DNA of 64,000 bases from Gemmatimonadota bacterium. Its GTDB lineage: Bacteria > Gemmatimonadota > Gemmatimonadetes > Palauibacterales > Palauibacteraceae. Under the pieces are notes generated by a model. That model saw only the letters and a list, made by a program, of their open reading frames with translations. It searched no databases and was not told the DNA's origin. Numbering within the stretch: position 1 is the first letter of the stretch; every line of letters begins with the position of its first letter. A program made the position numbers and the translations under genes. Shown piece by piece: positions 1 to 10,800 of this stretch. The stretch covers positions 1 to 64,000 of the forward strand of contig OY762926.1 in NCBI GenBank assembly GCA_963666735.1. Reading direction: 5' to 3'.

Positions 1-822
1 CAGGGGGGACGGCTGAGCGGGGTCGTCGCGCTGCCGGATCTCGTGCTCGCGGCGCCGGAGACGCGCATCTCCGACCTGCTCGAGGAACCTCCGGCCGTGG
101 TTTCGGTGGACCTCGACCAGGAGGAGGCCGGGAGGCTCCTGTCCCGTTACAACCTCGCCGCGATCGGGGTCATCGACGCCGAGGGGCGGCTGGTGGGACA
201 GATCACCTTTGACGACGTGATCGATGTCGTGGAGGCGGAGGTCACCGAGGACATCCTGCGCTTCGCCGCGGTGTCGGACGAGGAACAACTGCGCGGGACG
301 ACGCTCGGCGCGATCCGGAGCCGGTTGCCGTGGCTGGCGGTGAACACGCTCACGCTGGCCGTGGCCGCCGTGGCCGTGTGGCTGTACCGCGGGACGATCG
401 AACAGTTGGCGATTCTCGCGGCCGTGATGCCCGTGATCGCGGGACTGGGCGGGAACGCGGGGACGCAGGCGCTGGCGGTCACGATCCGCCGCATCGCGCT
501 CGCCGACGAACTGCCGGGAGAGCGCTGGTCGGCCGTGGTCAAGGAACTCGTCGTGGGCCTCGTGAACGGGCTCGCGATCGGACTGCTCGTGGCGCTCGTC
601 TCGCTGCTGCTCCCGAATACCGAGGCCGCGTTCGGGATCGTCGTGATGATCGCCACGTGGGCCAACCTCGCGGTGGCCTCCGCGCTGGGTGCGTTCTTCC
701 CGATCCTGCTGGAGCGGTTCGGCGCGGACCCGGCGGTCGCTTCGTCGGTCTTCGTCACGACCTTCACGGACCTGGTCGGGTTCGTGCTGCTGCTGGGGCT
801 CGCGACCCGGTTCCTCCTGTGA
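1..822 (+). CDS. mgtE: Magnesium transporter MgtE (5' end outside window)
   Basis: CBS-like region (GRLVGQITFDDVIDV), RLPWL, GGNAGTQ and DPAVAS...TTFTD motifs of the MgtE membrane domain. Confidence 0.93.
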   Translation, partial: QGGRLSGVVALPDLVLAAPETRISDLLEEPPAVVSVDLDQEEAGRLLSRYNLAAIGVIDAEGRLVGQITFDDVIDVVEAEVTEDILRFAAVSDEEQLRGTTLGAIRSRLPWLAVNTLTLAVAAVAVWLYRGTIEQLAILAAVMPVIAGLGGNAGTQALAVTIRRIALADELPGERWSAVVKELVVGLVNGLAIGLLVALVSLLLPNTEAAFGIVVMIATWANLAVASALGAFFPILLERFGADPAVASSVFVTTFTDLVGFVLLLGLATRFLL

Positions 823-1820
823 GGGCGGCATTCGATCCGGGGGGGCTCGCCGACCGCATCGCGGGCGGCGAGCCGCTGGCGCTGGCCCGGGGGATCTCGC
901 ACGTGGAGAACGAGAGCGACGGATTCGAGGCGCTTCTCGAGCGGCTGGACGGGCGCACCGGATGCGCGCGCCGCATCGGCATCACGGGGCCGCCTGGCGC
1001 CGGCAAGTCGACGCTCACGGCGGCACTTACGCGGCATTACCTCGATCAGTCTCTCAAGGTAGGCATCGTCGCCGTGGACCCGACGAGTCCGTTCACGGGC
1101 GGGGCCCTGCTCGGGGACCGCATCCGCATGGGAGAACTCTCCACCGAGCCCGGCGTCTTCATCCGCTCGATGGCGAGCCGCGGATCGCTCGGCGGCCTCG
1201 CGACCGCAACCCGGGAAGCCGCCGACCTCATGGACGCCGCCGGTTACGACCGCGTGATCCTGGAGACGCTCGGCGTGGGCCAGGCGGAACTCGACATCGC
1301 CGTCTCCGCCGACACGACCGCCGTCGTCCTTGTCCCGGAGTCGGGCGATGGGGTTCAGGCGATGAAGGCCGGGCTCATGGAGGTGGCGGACCTCTTCGTC
1401 ATCAACAAGTCGGATCGGCCCGGCGCCGACCGCCTCGAGAAGGAGATCGCGATCATCATGTCGATCCGCTTCGCGAACCGGGAGCCGGCCGGCGGGGGCG
1501 GCGGTGCCGAAGAAGTCTGGCGCATGCCGATCACGCAGACCATTGCGTCGGAGTCGCGGGGGATCGATGAGTTCGCGGCGCACCTGGACCGGCACTTCGA
1601 CTGGCTGGCGGCGACGGGAAGCCTCGAGGCGCGGCGCCGGGCCGCCCGCCTCCGCCGCGCCCACGACGCCCTCGTCCGCCGCTGCCACCGCGACGCGCGG
1701 CGGATCTGGCGCGACGCGTCCCCCGAGACGCTGGATTCGGGGGCTTCCCCCTATGCCATCGCGCGCCGACTGTACGAGGAGTCACGGAGGCCCCGCACGG
1801 GCACCCTCAGCGGAACCTGA
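819..1820 (+). CDS. meaB: Methylmalonyl-CoA mutase-associated GTPase MeaB
   Basis: GITGPPGAGKST, AVDPTSPFTGGALLGDRIRM, ETLGVGQ and INKSD motifs; GTG start at 819 overlaps the mgtE stop (GTGA). Confidence 0.93.
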   Translation: MRAAFDPGGLADRIAGGEPLALARGISHVENESDGFEALLERLDGRTGCARRIGITGPPGAGKSTLTAALTRHYLDQSLKVGIVAVDPTSPFTGGALLGDRIRMGELSTEPGVFIRSMASRGSLGGLATATREAADLMDAAGYDRVILETLGVGQAELDIAVSADTTAVVLVPESGDGVQAMKAGLMEVADLFVINKSDRPGADRLEKEIAIIMSIRFANREPAGGGGGAEEVWRMPITQTIASESRGIDEFAAHLDRHFDWLAATGSLEARRRAARLRRAHDALVRRCHRDARRIWRDASPETLDSGASPYAIARRLYEESRRPRTGTLSGT

Positions 1821-2634
1821 CCACGAGTCCCGTCCCGCCGAAGAAGCCGGTGGCGGCGTCGCTCAACCCCACGCCGGCGCGGATGTCCCACTGAAGATCG
1901 TCGCCCAGGCTCCAGGTGAATCCGCCGTTGGCGTAGTGTTCCGCCCGGATCTCGAGCGGCTCGTCGTGGAAGAAGGCGAACCACTCGGCGTAGACCGCCG
2001 CCCTCGCGCTCAGGGAAAACCCGGCCACGGCGGACTGCGCCCACTCGTAGTATCCCTCCTCCGCGTCCTCCGCGCCGCGGGACCCCGTCACCGCACGGTT
2101 CAACTGCGTACTGCCCGCCAGCGCGACGTCGCCGGAGAGGTCCCAGCCATAGATGAAGTTCACCCCCGGCAGCGTACGGTCGCTCGTGAACGCATCACTC
2201 CCCGTGGGAATCGTCATCTGGGGCAGGATCGCCAGCGCCGGCCGGAGCCCGTTCTGTTCGGCCAGCGCCAGCTTGATCCCCAGGTAGAGATCCTCGACGC
2301 CGCGCTCGGTGACGTTCCGCCCGTCCGCCCCGGCGCCCACCGACACGGGGCTGAGGCCGAGCCGAAGTTCCAGTCCTTCGGCGAGCATGCCGACCCGCAG
2401 CAGAGGCTCGCCCGGCGAGTGCGTCCATACTACGCCGCCGCCGCCTTCCGGCCGGTCGTACTCGTACGTGTACCCGAACTCAAGCTGGACCACGCCGCGC
2501 CCCACCGTCGCGGCGGCCTCGGTGAAGTCCGGGCGATCCGCGACCAGCGGCCCCGGTTGCGCGTGCGCGGTCCCGGCGGCCGTCGCGAAGAACGGGCCCG
2601 CTCCCAGGACCAGAAAGATCGACAGTCTGCGCAT
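1807..2634 (-). CDS. Outer-membrane transporter (MetA-pathway of phenol degradation-like beta-barrel)
   Basis: Signal peptide, DRPDFTE motif, QLEFGYTY, C-terminal VVRF; ATG at 2634 overlaps the HNH gene stop. Confidence 0.75.
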   Translation of the reverse strand: MRRLSIFLVLGAGPFFATAAGTAHAQPGPLVADRPDFTEAAATVGRGVVQLEFGYTYEYDRPEGGGGVVWTHSPGEPLLRVGMLAEGLELRLGLSPVSVGAGADGRNVTERGVEDLYLGIKLALAEQNGLRPALAILPQMTIPTGSDAFTSDRTLPGVNFIYGWDLSGDVALAGSTQLNRAVTGSRGAEDAEEGYYEWAQSAVAGFSLSARAAVYAEWFAFFHDEPLEIRAEHYANGGFTWSLGDDLQWDIRAGVGLSDAATGFFGGTGLVVRFR

Positions 2635-3983
2635 CACGCCGCCTCTCCAAGGTGTTCGTATTGGCCCCACATGGCCCAGAGCGCCCAATCCAGATCCAGC
2701 CGATCCCCTTGCCACATGTTCGTGGCCGTCCAGGGGTTGATCCCCTCCTGACGATGCCAGGGCCCGAGCCCGGAATCTGCGGTTCGCGGCGCCTTCACGT
2801 CCGGCCGCCGCGGCGGCACCGCGGCGACGACTCTGCCATCGGGACTGTGGAAGCGGGCCGCGCCGGCAGACCCCATCTTCACGCGCCAGCCTCCTTCGTG
2901 CACGGTCCGGTGATGGAACCGGCAGAGCAGAATGAGATTGTCCAGCCACGTCCGACCTCCCTCGGCCCAGGGTATCGCGTGATGGGCCTGCACATAGCGC
3001 GACCCGCAGCCCGGGAAGCGGCACCCCCCGTCTCGCACGTCCAACGCCTTGCGGAGTCGCCAATTCACGGTCCTGCGCCGCCGCCCCACGTCCAGTATCG
3101 AGCCATCCAGTCCCCGGGTCACGCGTACGGTTTCCGCGTCGCAGGTCAACCGCCGGGACGTTCCCGCGGGAACGTGCGAGCCGTCCTCCGTGCTCACCAC
3201 ATCCCCGTTGCCGGCGCTCCCGCCGCTGCCGGCCTTCCCGGCCACGGTGTGGACGACCACCTGTACGTCCGCCTCTGTGCGATCCTCGAGCCACGCTTCG
3301 AGCGCGTCATGTCGCCGTTCCCCCTGCGTCGAAGGCGGTCCGGCGGGTGCTCGGGCCTCCCGCACGGCGGCCTGCCGCGCGCGGTGGAGTTCGTCCCCCG
3401 CGGCATCCAGAGCCTGCACGAGAAGGGCGCCGACCTCCGGCAAGAGCCGGCCCCGGAGTTCGTACATCCCGTCCTCCCCGGCCCGCACCGTGAGATAACG
3501 GCGGGCCGACAGTGCCGACTCCTCCCCCTCTGCGGCCGCGGCCGCCGCCTCCGCGCTCCGCCGTGCCCGAACCAGGCGTTCCAGTTGGCTCGCCGTCGCG
3601 TGACGCGCGAATTCCAGCCAGCGGCTCTCGTCCTCCGCCGTGGCGATCCGGGTCAGCGCCCGAACCCTCGACCAGGAAAGCTGTCCCTTTCTCATCTCTT
3701 CCGATGTCCGGGGGAGCGCAGCGAGGCAGCGGGCCACCCGCACCCGTTCGCGGGCGGGGCCCAGCGTGATACCGGTACGCCACGAGAGCCAATGCGCGCA
3801 GGAACGCCATCCGTCCCAGAGTTCCTCCCGGTCGTAGCGGTGGATGAGCGTGAGGAGGCGGTATTGGGCCGCGTCGAGGTGCGCGGAGAGTTCGGCGATC
3901 TCGTCACCGAGGGGATCCGTGCCGCGCAGGGTCTCATGCGGCGTCTCGGGCGTCGTGTCGTCGGGCATCGTGTCGTCGGGCAT
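2634..3983 (-). CDS. DUF222 domain HNH endonuclease
   Basis: SCAHWLSWRTG, RRLTCDA, LDVGRRRR, RDGGCRFPGC...HHAIPW..GG.T.LDNLILLCRFHHRTVH. Confidence 0.9.
   Translation of the reverse strand: MPDDTMPDDTTPETPHETLRGTDPLGDEIAELSAHLDAAQYRLLTLIHRYDREELWDGWRSCAHWLSWRTGITLGPARERVRVARCLAALPRTSEEMRKGQLSWSRVRALTRIATAEDESRWLEFARHATASQLERLVRARRSAEAAAAAAEGEESALSARRYLTVRAGEDGMYELRGRLLPEVGALLVQALDAAGDELHRARQAAVREARAPAGPPSTQGERRHDALEAWLEDRTEADVQVVVHTVAGKAGSGGSAGNGDVVSTEDGSHVPAGTSRRLTCDAETVRVTRGLDGSILDVGRRRRTVNWRLRKALDVRDGGCRFPGCGSRYVQAHHAIPWAEGGRTWLDNLILLCRFHHRTVHEGGWRVKMGSAGAARFHSPDGRVVAAVPPRRPDVKAPRTADSGLGPWHRQEGINPWTATNMWQGDRLDLDWALWAMWGQYEHLGEAA
3158..3175. repeat. Perfect 18-bp palindrome ACGTTCCCGCGGGAACGT, copy 1 (inside HNH gene)
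   Basis: Read directly; identical copy at 4139-4156. Confidence 0.95.
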
Positions 3984-4138
3984 CGTGTCTCGTCCGAATC
4001 TCAGTGTTCAACGGAGCGGGCGGTGTCGTCGATTTTCGGTAAATATTCGGTCTCCGTATCAACGGGGTCTCATCTCCGGGACTCCGCAGCCGGGATCCTC
4101 CGCAGCCCGGGACCCTCGTCGGGTCAGGCGGCCGGGAC

Positions 4139-4156
4139 ACGTTCCCGCGGGAACGT
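4139..4156. repeat. Perfect 18-bp palindrome ACGTTCCCGCGGGAACGT, copy 2 (intergenic)
   Basis: Read directly; flanks extend the match to copy 1 in inverted orientation (GGACGTTCCCGCGGGAACGTG). Confidence 0.95.
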
Positions 4157-4229
4157 CCGGCCCCTACCTTGAGAGCGGGGGACGGGGGCGGGACCGACGA
4201 GCCGGGGGACACGGAGGACACGGACGGGC

Positions 4230-5897
4230 ATGAGCAAGCACGGTGCGCTGAGCGATCAACTCGAGCTTTGGGAGGCGGTCTTCCGCCAGGCCCCGCAGCG
4301 TGATGACACCAGCTTCCGGAGCATCTCCGGGCGGGAGGTCAAGCCGCTCTACACCCCCCTCGACGCTGGCGACACAGGGCCGGGCGCATACCTGGACCGG
4401 CTCGGCACGCCGGGCGAGTTCCCGTTCACGCGCGGTCCGTACCATTCGATGTACCGGACGAAGTTGTGGACGATGCGGCTCTTCTCCGGCTTCGCCACCG
4501 CGCACGAGACGAACGAGCGCTACAAGTACCTCCTCCGGCGCGGACAGACCGGGCTTTCCGTCGCTTTCGACTTTCCCACTCTCATGGGATACGACTCCGA
4601 CGACCGCCGCTCCGAGGGAGAGGTGGGGAAGTGCGGCGTCGCGATCTCGAGCCTCGCCGACATGGAGACGCTTTTCGACGGGATCCCGCTCGACAGGGTC
4701 TCCGTGTCGATGACGATCAACGGGCCCGCGCTCATGCTGTACGCCTTCCTCCTGGTGACGGCGGAGAAGCAGGGCGTGCCGCTCGACCGGGTCCGGGGGA
4801 CGATCCAGAACGACATCCTCAAGGAATACCAGGCCCAGCACGCGTGGATCTTCCCGCCCGAGCCCGCGCTCAAGATCATCGCCGACATCTTCGAGTGGTC
4901 GGCGGACGCGGCGCCGCGCTTCAACACGATCTCGATCTCCGGCTATCACATCCGCGAGGCGGGGGCGACCGCCGCGCAGGAACTCGCCTACACGCTCAAG
5001 AACGGCTTCACCTACGTGGAGCGGGGGATCGAACGCGGGCTCGACGTGGACAGCTTCGCGCCGCGGCTCTCCTTCTTCTGGGACGTGCACAACGACTTCT
5101 TCGAGGAGATCGCGAAGTTCCGCGCGGGCCGCCGCATCTGGGCCCGGCACATGCGCGACGTGTACGGGGCGCGGGATCCCCGGAGTCTGAGATTGCGGAC
5201 GCACGCGCAGACGGCCGGCGTCTCGCTCACGGCGCAGCAGCCGCACAACAACATCGTGCGGGTCGCGTACCAGGCGATGGCGGCGGCGCTCGGCGGCACG
5301 CAGTCGCTGCACACGAACGCGATGGACGAGACGCTCGCGCTTCCCACGGAGGAGGCGGCGAAGATCGCCCTCCGCACTCAGCAGATCCTTGCCTATGAGA
5401 CCGGCGTCCCCAACACGATCGATCCCCTCGCGGGTTCCTACTACGTCGAGTCGCTGACGGACGGACTCGAGGCGGAGGCGGAGGAGATTTTCCGCGAGAT
5501 CGACGACATCGGCGGGGTCGTGTACGGGATCGAGTCCGGCTACTTCCAGGCGCAGATCGCGGCTGCCGCGCGGCGGTTCCAGGATGAGGTGGAAAAGGGG
5601 ACGCAGACGATCGTCGGCGTGAACCGGTTCGAGGATGCGGAGGAGCCCCCGCTCGAGATTCTGAGGATTGGGGAGGAGGCGGCGGCGAAGCAGGAGGCGC
5701 GGCTGGCGGATCTCCGCGCGCGCCGTGATTCCGGGGCGGTCGAGCGCGCGCTCGAGACGCTGGGGCGGGCGGCGCGCGAGAAGGAGAACCTGCTGCCGCC
5801 CCTGCTCGACGCCGTGCGGGCCTACGCGACGCTGGGCGAGATCCGGATCGTGCTGGAGAAGGTCTACGGCCGCTTCAAGGAGCCCGTGGCCTTCTAG
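4230..5897 (+). CDS. Methylmalonyl-CoA mutase family, large (substrate-binding) subunit
   Basis: PGEFPFTRG, GLSVAFD, GTIQNDILKEY, ISGYHIREAG, GGTQSLHTN; no B12-binding domain. Confidence 0.95.
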   Translation: MSKHGALSDQLELWEAVFRQAPQRDDTSFRSISGREVKPLYTPLDAGDTGPGAYLDRLGTPGEFPFTRGPYHSMYRTKLWTMRLFSGFATAHETNERYKYLLRRGQTGLSVAFDFPTLMGYDSDDRRSEGEVGKCGVAISSLADMETLFDGIPLDRVSVSMTINGPALMLYAFLLVTAEKQGVPLDRVRGTIQNDILKEYQAQHAWIFPPEPALKIIADIFEWSADAAPRFNTISISGYHIREAGATAAQELAYTLKNGFTYVERGIERGLDVDSFAPRLSFFWDVHNDFFEEIAKFRAGRRIWARHMRDVYGARDPRSLRLRTHAQTAGVSLTAQQPHNNIVRVAYQAMAAALGGTQSLHTNAMDETLALPTEEAAKIALRTQQILAYETGVPNTIDPLAGSYYVESLTDGLEAEAEEIFREIDDIGGVVYGIESGYFQAQIAAAARRFQDEVEKGTQTIVGVNRFEDAEEPPLEILRIGEEAAAKQEARLADLRARRDSGAVERALETLGRAAREKENLLPPLLDAVRAYATLGEIRIVLEKVYGRFKEPVAF

Positions 5898-6896
5898 ATG
5901 CCTGGGGATCCCTCAGGCCCCGGGACTTCCGACGAGACCCTCTTGGGGATATCCGCGCTGCACCAGGGCCCGCCGCGCGTGCCCGGGAGAGGCGACCTCG
6001 ACTTCTCTCGCGCGGTGCTCGACCAGCTGTACAGCTACCGGCCGAAGCGCGAAGCCATCGCCTACCCGCTGTGGCTCGTGACAGGTGTCTTCGGCGGCCA
6101 CCGCTTCTATCTCGACCGTCCGGGAACGGGTCTCCTCATGCTTCTCACCCTCGGAGGCGGGGGGCTGTGGTGGCTCGTCGACGTGCTTCTGATCCCGCGG
6201 ATGGCGCGGAAATTCAACGAAGACCAGGCGCGGCGGCAGTTCCTGGGTCTGGCGCCCCGCCAGCTCGCCTTCATGCCGGCCAAGGGGGAGACGCTCCCGC
6301 CGGAGCCGCACTGGGCCGCCAAGCGGCGGACACGCGTCCGTCTGGTGGCCGATGCCGTCGTGATGATGCTGGCGGGCGGGTCGATGGGCGCCTTCGCGAG
6401 CGGGTTCGGCATCTACGAGCCGATCATCGCGGTGCTCGCGCTCATCGCGATCACGCTGCTGGGCACCCGCTGGGACGCGCTCTCCAAGCTGCCGGTGCTT
6501 AGGGGGTTCGACCGCTGGGCCCACCGGCTGCGGCTGTTCTACTACACGAACGACCCCGGCGGGGCGGTGTCGCTCGCCTTCCGCCAGGTGCTGGCGATGT
6601 TTGCCATCCTCCGCCGCCGCCGGCGGGCCGAGGCCAAGCTCTACCTGCAACTGGGCGCCTGGTTCACGATCATCTTCACGGTCTTCGATCTCATCGAGGC
6701 GGGCATCGGCGGCCCGGGAGGTCTCGACCTCGGCGCTCTGGCGTTGGACTACTTCCAGACGTTCTTCGCTACCTATGCCTTCGCCGCTCCCATCGGGGCG
6801 GTCCTCAACAAGCACGTCCTCCTGCAGCGCAGCGACCGCGTGACCTGGGCGCTGAGCGCAGTCGCGGTGGTGTTCATCGTAACCGGTCTCTTCTGA
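5898..6896 (+). CDS. TM2 domain membrane protein
   Basis: AYPLWLVTGVFGGHRFYL...GLWWLVD TM2 motif followed by several hydrophobic helices. Confidence 0.8.
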   Translation: MPGDPSGPGTSDETLLGISALHQGPPRVPGRGDLDFSRAVLDQLYSYRPKREAIAYPLWLVTGVFGGHRFYLDRPGTGLLMLLTLGGGGLWWLVDVLLIPRMARKFNEDQARRQFLGLAPRQLAFMPAKGETLPPEPHWAAKRRTRVRLVADAVVMMLAGGSMGAFASGFGIYEPIIAVLALIAITLLGTRWDALSKLPVLRGFDRWAHRLRLFYYTNDPGGAVSLAFRQVLAMFAILRRRRRAEAKLYLQLGAWFTIIFTVFDLIEAGIGGPGGLDLGALALDYFQTFFATYAFAAPIGAVLNKHVLLQRSDRVTWALSAVAVVFIVTGLF

Positions 6897-6911
6897 AAGG
6901 TCGGATTCCAC

Positions 6912-7571
6912 ATGCGCAGAATCGTCGCCTCGCTCCTTCCCCTACTGATCGCTGCCCCGCTGATGGGGCAGACGTCGCTCGGAATTCGTGGCGGGCTGAG
7001 CCGGGCCACAATCTCCTCGGAGGTGGAGGGCGAAGCGACCCAGGACGCCCGCCAGGGTGTGGTCGCGGGGCTCGACATCGCGTTTCCGCTCGCAAGCGCG
7101 GTCGAGCTTCGGATCGGGGGAGCGTATTCCCAGAAGGGTACGGGCGTTTCCGCGGATCTCGCGTCGGAAGGTTTCGATGACATCGGGGGGTCGGGCAGCA
7201 TCGAGGCGGACTACGTGCAGTTGTCGGCCCTGGCGCGCATCGGAACGCCGCGAGACGGGGGAACGTCCATCGGTCTGTTGCTGGGTCCGTGGGCGGCCTC
7301 TCTCCTTTCCTGCGACGCGAGCCTGAGTTTCAATCTCGGCGAACTGGGGTCGGTGAATCAATCGGCATCGTGCGACGATGCGACGAAATCGACCGACTTC
7401 GGCATCGCGGCGGGCGCCGGTGTGGAAATGGCGATTTCCGACGGTCTGCGGCTGGGTGTCGATGTGATATACTCGCTGGGACTCGCGAACGTCGATGAGA
7501 CGTCAACCGAGGACATCAAGACCCGGCACGTGGCGGCTCAGGCCGGGCTCGTGATCCCGTTCGGAGGCTGA
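6912..7571 (+). CDS. Outer-membrane beta-barrel (porin family) protein
   Basis: Signal peptide, GIRGGL, YSQKG, DFGIAAGAG, YSLGL; paralogue of 18623-19417. Confidence 0.75.
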   Translation: MRRIVASLLPLLIAAPLMGQTSLGIRGGLSRATISSEVEGEATQDARQGVVAGLDIAFPLASAVELRIGGAYSQKGTGVSADLASEGFDDIGGSGSIEADYVQLSALARIGTPRDGGTSIGLLLGPWAASLLSCDASLSFNLGELGSVNQSASCDDATKSTDFGIAAGAGVEMAISDGLRLGVDVIYSLGLANVDETSTEDIKTRHVAAQAGLVIPFGG

Positions 7572-7604
7572 CGGAGACGCTCTCGCCGGGCGGGCCGGCC
7601 GCCG

Positions 7605-7763
7605 TCAGGGCACGAGGGCTCGGGGCGACGGCATCAGGTCCTCGAGGCGGAAGATCTCGCCGTCCTTGAGGACGATGCGCGCTCGGCGGAGGTCCGAGAT
7701 GTCCTCGAGCGGGTTGCCCTCGACGATGAGGATGTCCGCAAGCGCGGTAGCGGTGGTATACAT
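7605..7763 (-). pseudogene. Duplicated 3' end of the adjacent amidohydrolase gene
   Basis: 7605-7740 closely matches 7827-7962; encodes ADILIVEGNPLEDISDLRRARIVLKDGEIFRLEDLM with a different tail (PSPRALVP vs SPLQNLVP). Confidence 0.9.
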
Positions 7764-7826
7764 CCTCACGGGCGTTTTCTGAGTTGCTCGGGCCTCAACC
7801 TGCCTTGCCGGTCCAGGCTGCCCGGA

Positions 7827-10800
7827 TCACGGCACGAGATTCTGCAGCGGCGACATCAGGTCTTCGAGGCGGAAGATCTCGCCGTCCTTGAGGACGATGC
7901 GCGCTCGGCGGAGGTCCGAGATGTCCTCGAGCGGGTTGCCCTCGACGATGAGAATGTCCGCGAAGGCTCCGGCGGACAGGGTTCCGATCTCCCCTTCCAT
8001 GGCGAGGGCCTCGGCGGCCACAGACGTGGCGGTTCGCAGGGCCTCGACCTCGGTGAGGCCGCCCCAGACGTAGTTCTCGACCTCCGCGATGAGCGCGGCG
8101 CCGTAGGGGATGATGGGGGAATCGGTGCCCGCGACGACCTTGCCTCCGCCGCGGACGACGCGGGTCACGGTCTCGCCCGCGTCGGCGAGCATGTCGTCCA
8201 TGCCGGACAGGCGGCCGCGAGCGGCGGCGCGCGCGGCCATGCTCTCGGCCATCCCCGGCGGGAAGAACGACGCGAAGCGGGGGTCGGAGGTCCAGGACGG
8301 GTCCTCGCCCACGACCTTCCACCAGCCGCCCATGAGCGCCATGGTCGGCGTGATCGTCATGCCCGACGCGGTGAGAAGCCGGATCACGTCGTCGTACGTC
8401 CGGTACATCGCCGTCACCTTCGGGGAGTAGCCGCGGCGGCTCGTGCCGGAGATGTGTTCGACATGGTCCATGCCGTGCGCAACGGCCGGATAGATCTCGT
8501 GGCTCGAGACGGGGATCCCGATCGAGTGCGCGAAGTCGACGATCCGGCGCTGCAGGAGGTCCGGCAGGCGTACGTACGTCTTGATGAGCGAGAAACCGAG
8601 ACGGTCCGCGCGGTCGAGTTCGAGGGCGAAGTTTCCGTCGGGCCGCAGCGAGCCGGCCCCGGAGTAGTAGATGCGGTTGCCGTCCATCGTCCGTCCCGTG
8701 GCGAACTCGCGCGGGCCGGTGCGGCGGCCGGAGTCGATGGATTCGCGGCGCTCCGCGATCTCGTAGGAGTCGGCGGTCGGATCGCGGATCGTCGTGACCC
8801 CGTAGGCGAGGAAGGTGCGGCCGAGCGTCTCGCCCATGCCGTAGCCCATGTGCGAGTGCATGTCGATGAGGCCCGGGAGGACGGTGTGGTCGCCCGCGTC
8901 CACGACCTCCCCCCCGGCGTCCGCGGCCGAGGCGTGGTTGGCGTCGCTGTGGGGGACGATGGAGGCGATCCGGTTGCCCTCGACGATGAGGTCCATGTTG
9001 CGGTCGATGTCGTCGGAGACGCCGTCCCAGACGCGGGCGGCGTGGATGACCGCCGAGCCTTCGCGGGCGGGGCGCCGCCATTCGAGCGCGACGGGGATCT
9101 CCTCGATGGCGCCGTCGTCGAGTTCGTAGCGGCGCAGGCCGCCGGGCGTCTGGTAGACGATCGAACGCGAGTCGCCCGTCCAGGAAATTGCGTCGGCGTG
9201 GTGGTTCGTGAGCCGCATCGGCGGACCACTCGGCGTCCCCGCGTCGTCGACCTCGACGAGCCACAGCACGCCCTCGCTCGTGTACGCCATGCGGCGGCCG
9301 TCCGGCGACCACACCGGGCCGTCGAGTCCGCGCACGCCCATCCCCCGGTGCTCGGCGGCCGTCACGCGGCGCCCCTGCCCGCCGTCCACCGGCTGCAGGA
9401 GAATCTCGTTCCGCCCCTCGCGGAAGCGCGTCGAGTACTGCGTGAGGACGCCCATGGCGATGGTCTCGCCGTCCGGAGAAAACGAGGGGCGGCCGGGCGC
9501 GAACAGGTCGTCGCGGATCGTCCGAATGTCACCGGTGGCGAGGTCCACGATACGGACGCCGCTCTGGAGTCCCTGGACCGAGGTGAAGACGATGTGCGCG
9601 CCGTCGGGGGAGAACACCGGGCCCACCTCGCCGCCGGGAAGCGTCGTCGCCCGGCGCTCGGCGCCCGTCTCCATGTCGCGCACCCAGATGTCGAGCGTGC
9701 CGCCCTTGTCGGAGGCGTAGGCGAGCATGGAACCGTCGCGCGACCAGGCCGGGAGGACGTCGACGAAGGGGTCGTCCGTGAGTTGCCGCGGGGCGGCGGC
9801 GCGCGGGGAGGCGTCGCGTGGGGAACCGTCCGGGTCGAGGTCGAGGAGCCAGAGGTCGCCCAGCGCGGTGAAGGCGATGGAACTGCCGTCCGGCGAGATG
9901 GCCGGCGCCACGATCCCGACCACCGGCTCCGGCCCGCCCGCCTCGAAGGAACGCGGTGTGCGCTCGTAGTCCGGCCGCGTGAACGCGAAGGTGGCCTCGA
10001 AGGGGATGACGGAACCCCCGCCCCCGTCTCCGTCCCCGTCTCCGGATCCCGCGTCGTCCGCGGATGCCCGCCGGATCACGCCGTCGGCGGTGTACACGAT
10101 TTCGTCGGTGGAGACCCAGTGGGGGCGGAACGGGAAGACATCGGCCCCGTCCCCGGTGAGGCGGCTCGGCTCTGAGTCGGCGCCGGCGTCGGGACCCGCG
10201 CCGGGACCCTGATCGAGAGACGCCACGTAGAGACCGGTCTGTCCCTGGGAGACGGCGGGGAAGGCGATGCGCCTTCCGTCCGGGCTCCACGAGGGAGAGA
10301 CGGCGCCGCGCGCGCGGGCCACGACGCGCTCGGATCCGTCGGTCCCGCGCACGAGGACCGTCCCGCCGTCCTGGTTGGAGGCGTAGACGAGGGCCTCGCC
10401 ATCGGCGGACCAGGAGGGCGTGAACTCGTGGCCCGGCGCGTCGGTGACCCGGCTCATGGTGCCGGTCGCGACGTTCAGCGTCCAGATGTCGTAGTTCCCG
10501 GAGCGGTCCGAGGCGAAGGCGATCGCGCCCCCGTCCGGCGAGTAGGCGGGCTCACGCTCGTCGTACGGCCCGAAGGTGTGCTGCGCCGGGTCGGAGCCGT
10601 CGGGCCGGATCGACCAGATGTGCCAGTTCCCGTCCCGGAACGACTGGAAGACGATCCGGTTCCCGTCCGGCGCCCACTGCGGCTGCCGCGCGTCGTAGTA
10701 CATGTCCGTGATCGCGCGCGCCTCGCCGCCCGCGGCGTCCATCACCCACAGCGTCCCCTGCAGATCGAGCACCATTCGGCTGCCGTCCGGGGAGACGGCC

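Noticed and set aside
3950..3989. 15-bp tandem repeat encoding MPDDT-MPDDT, and a 12-bp duplication at 18447-18470
   Set aside because: Simple slippage duplications with no evident function.
7605..7962. Template/variable repeat pair of a diversity-generating retroelement
   Set aside because: Mismatches are not confined to adenines (C/T and C/G changes occur), and no reverse transcriptase is present in the window.
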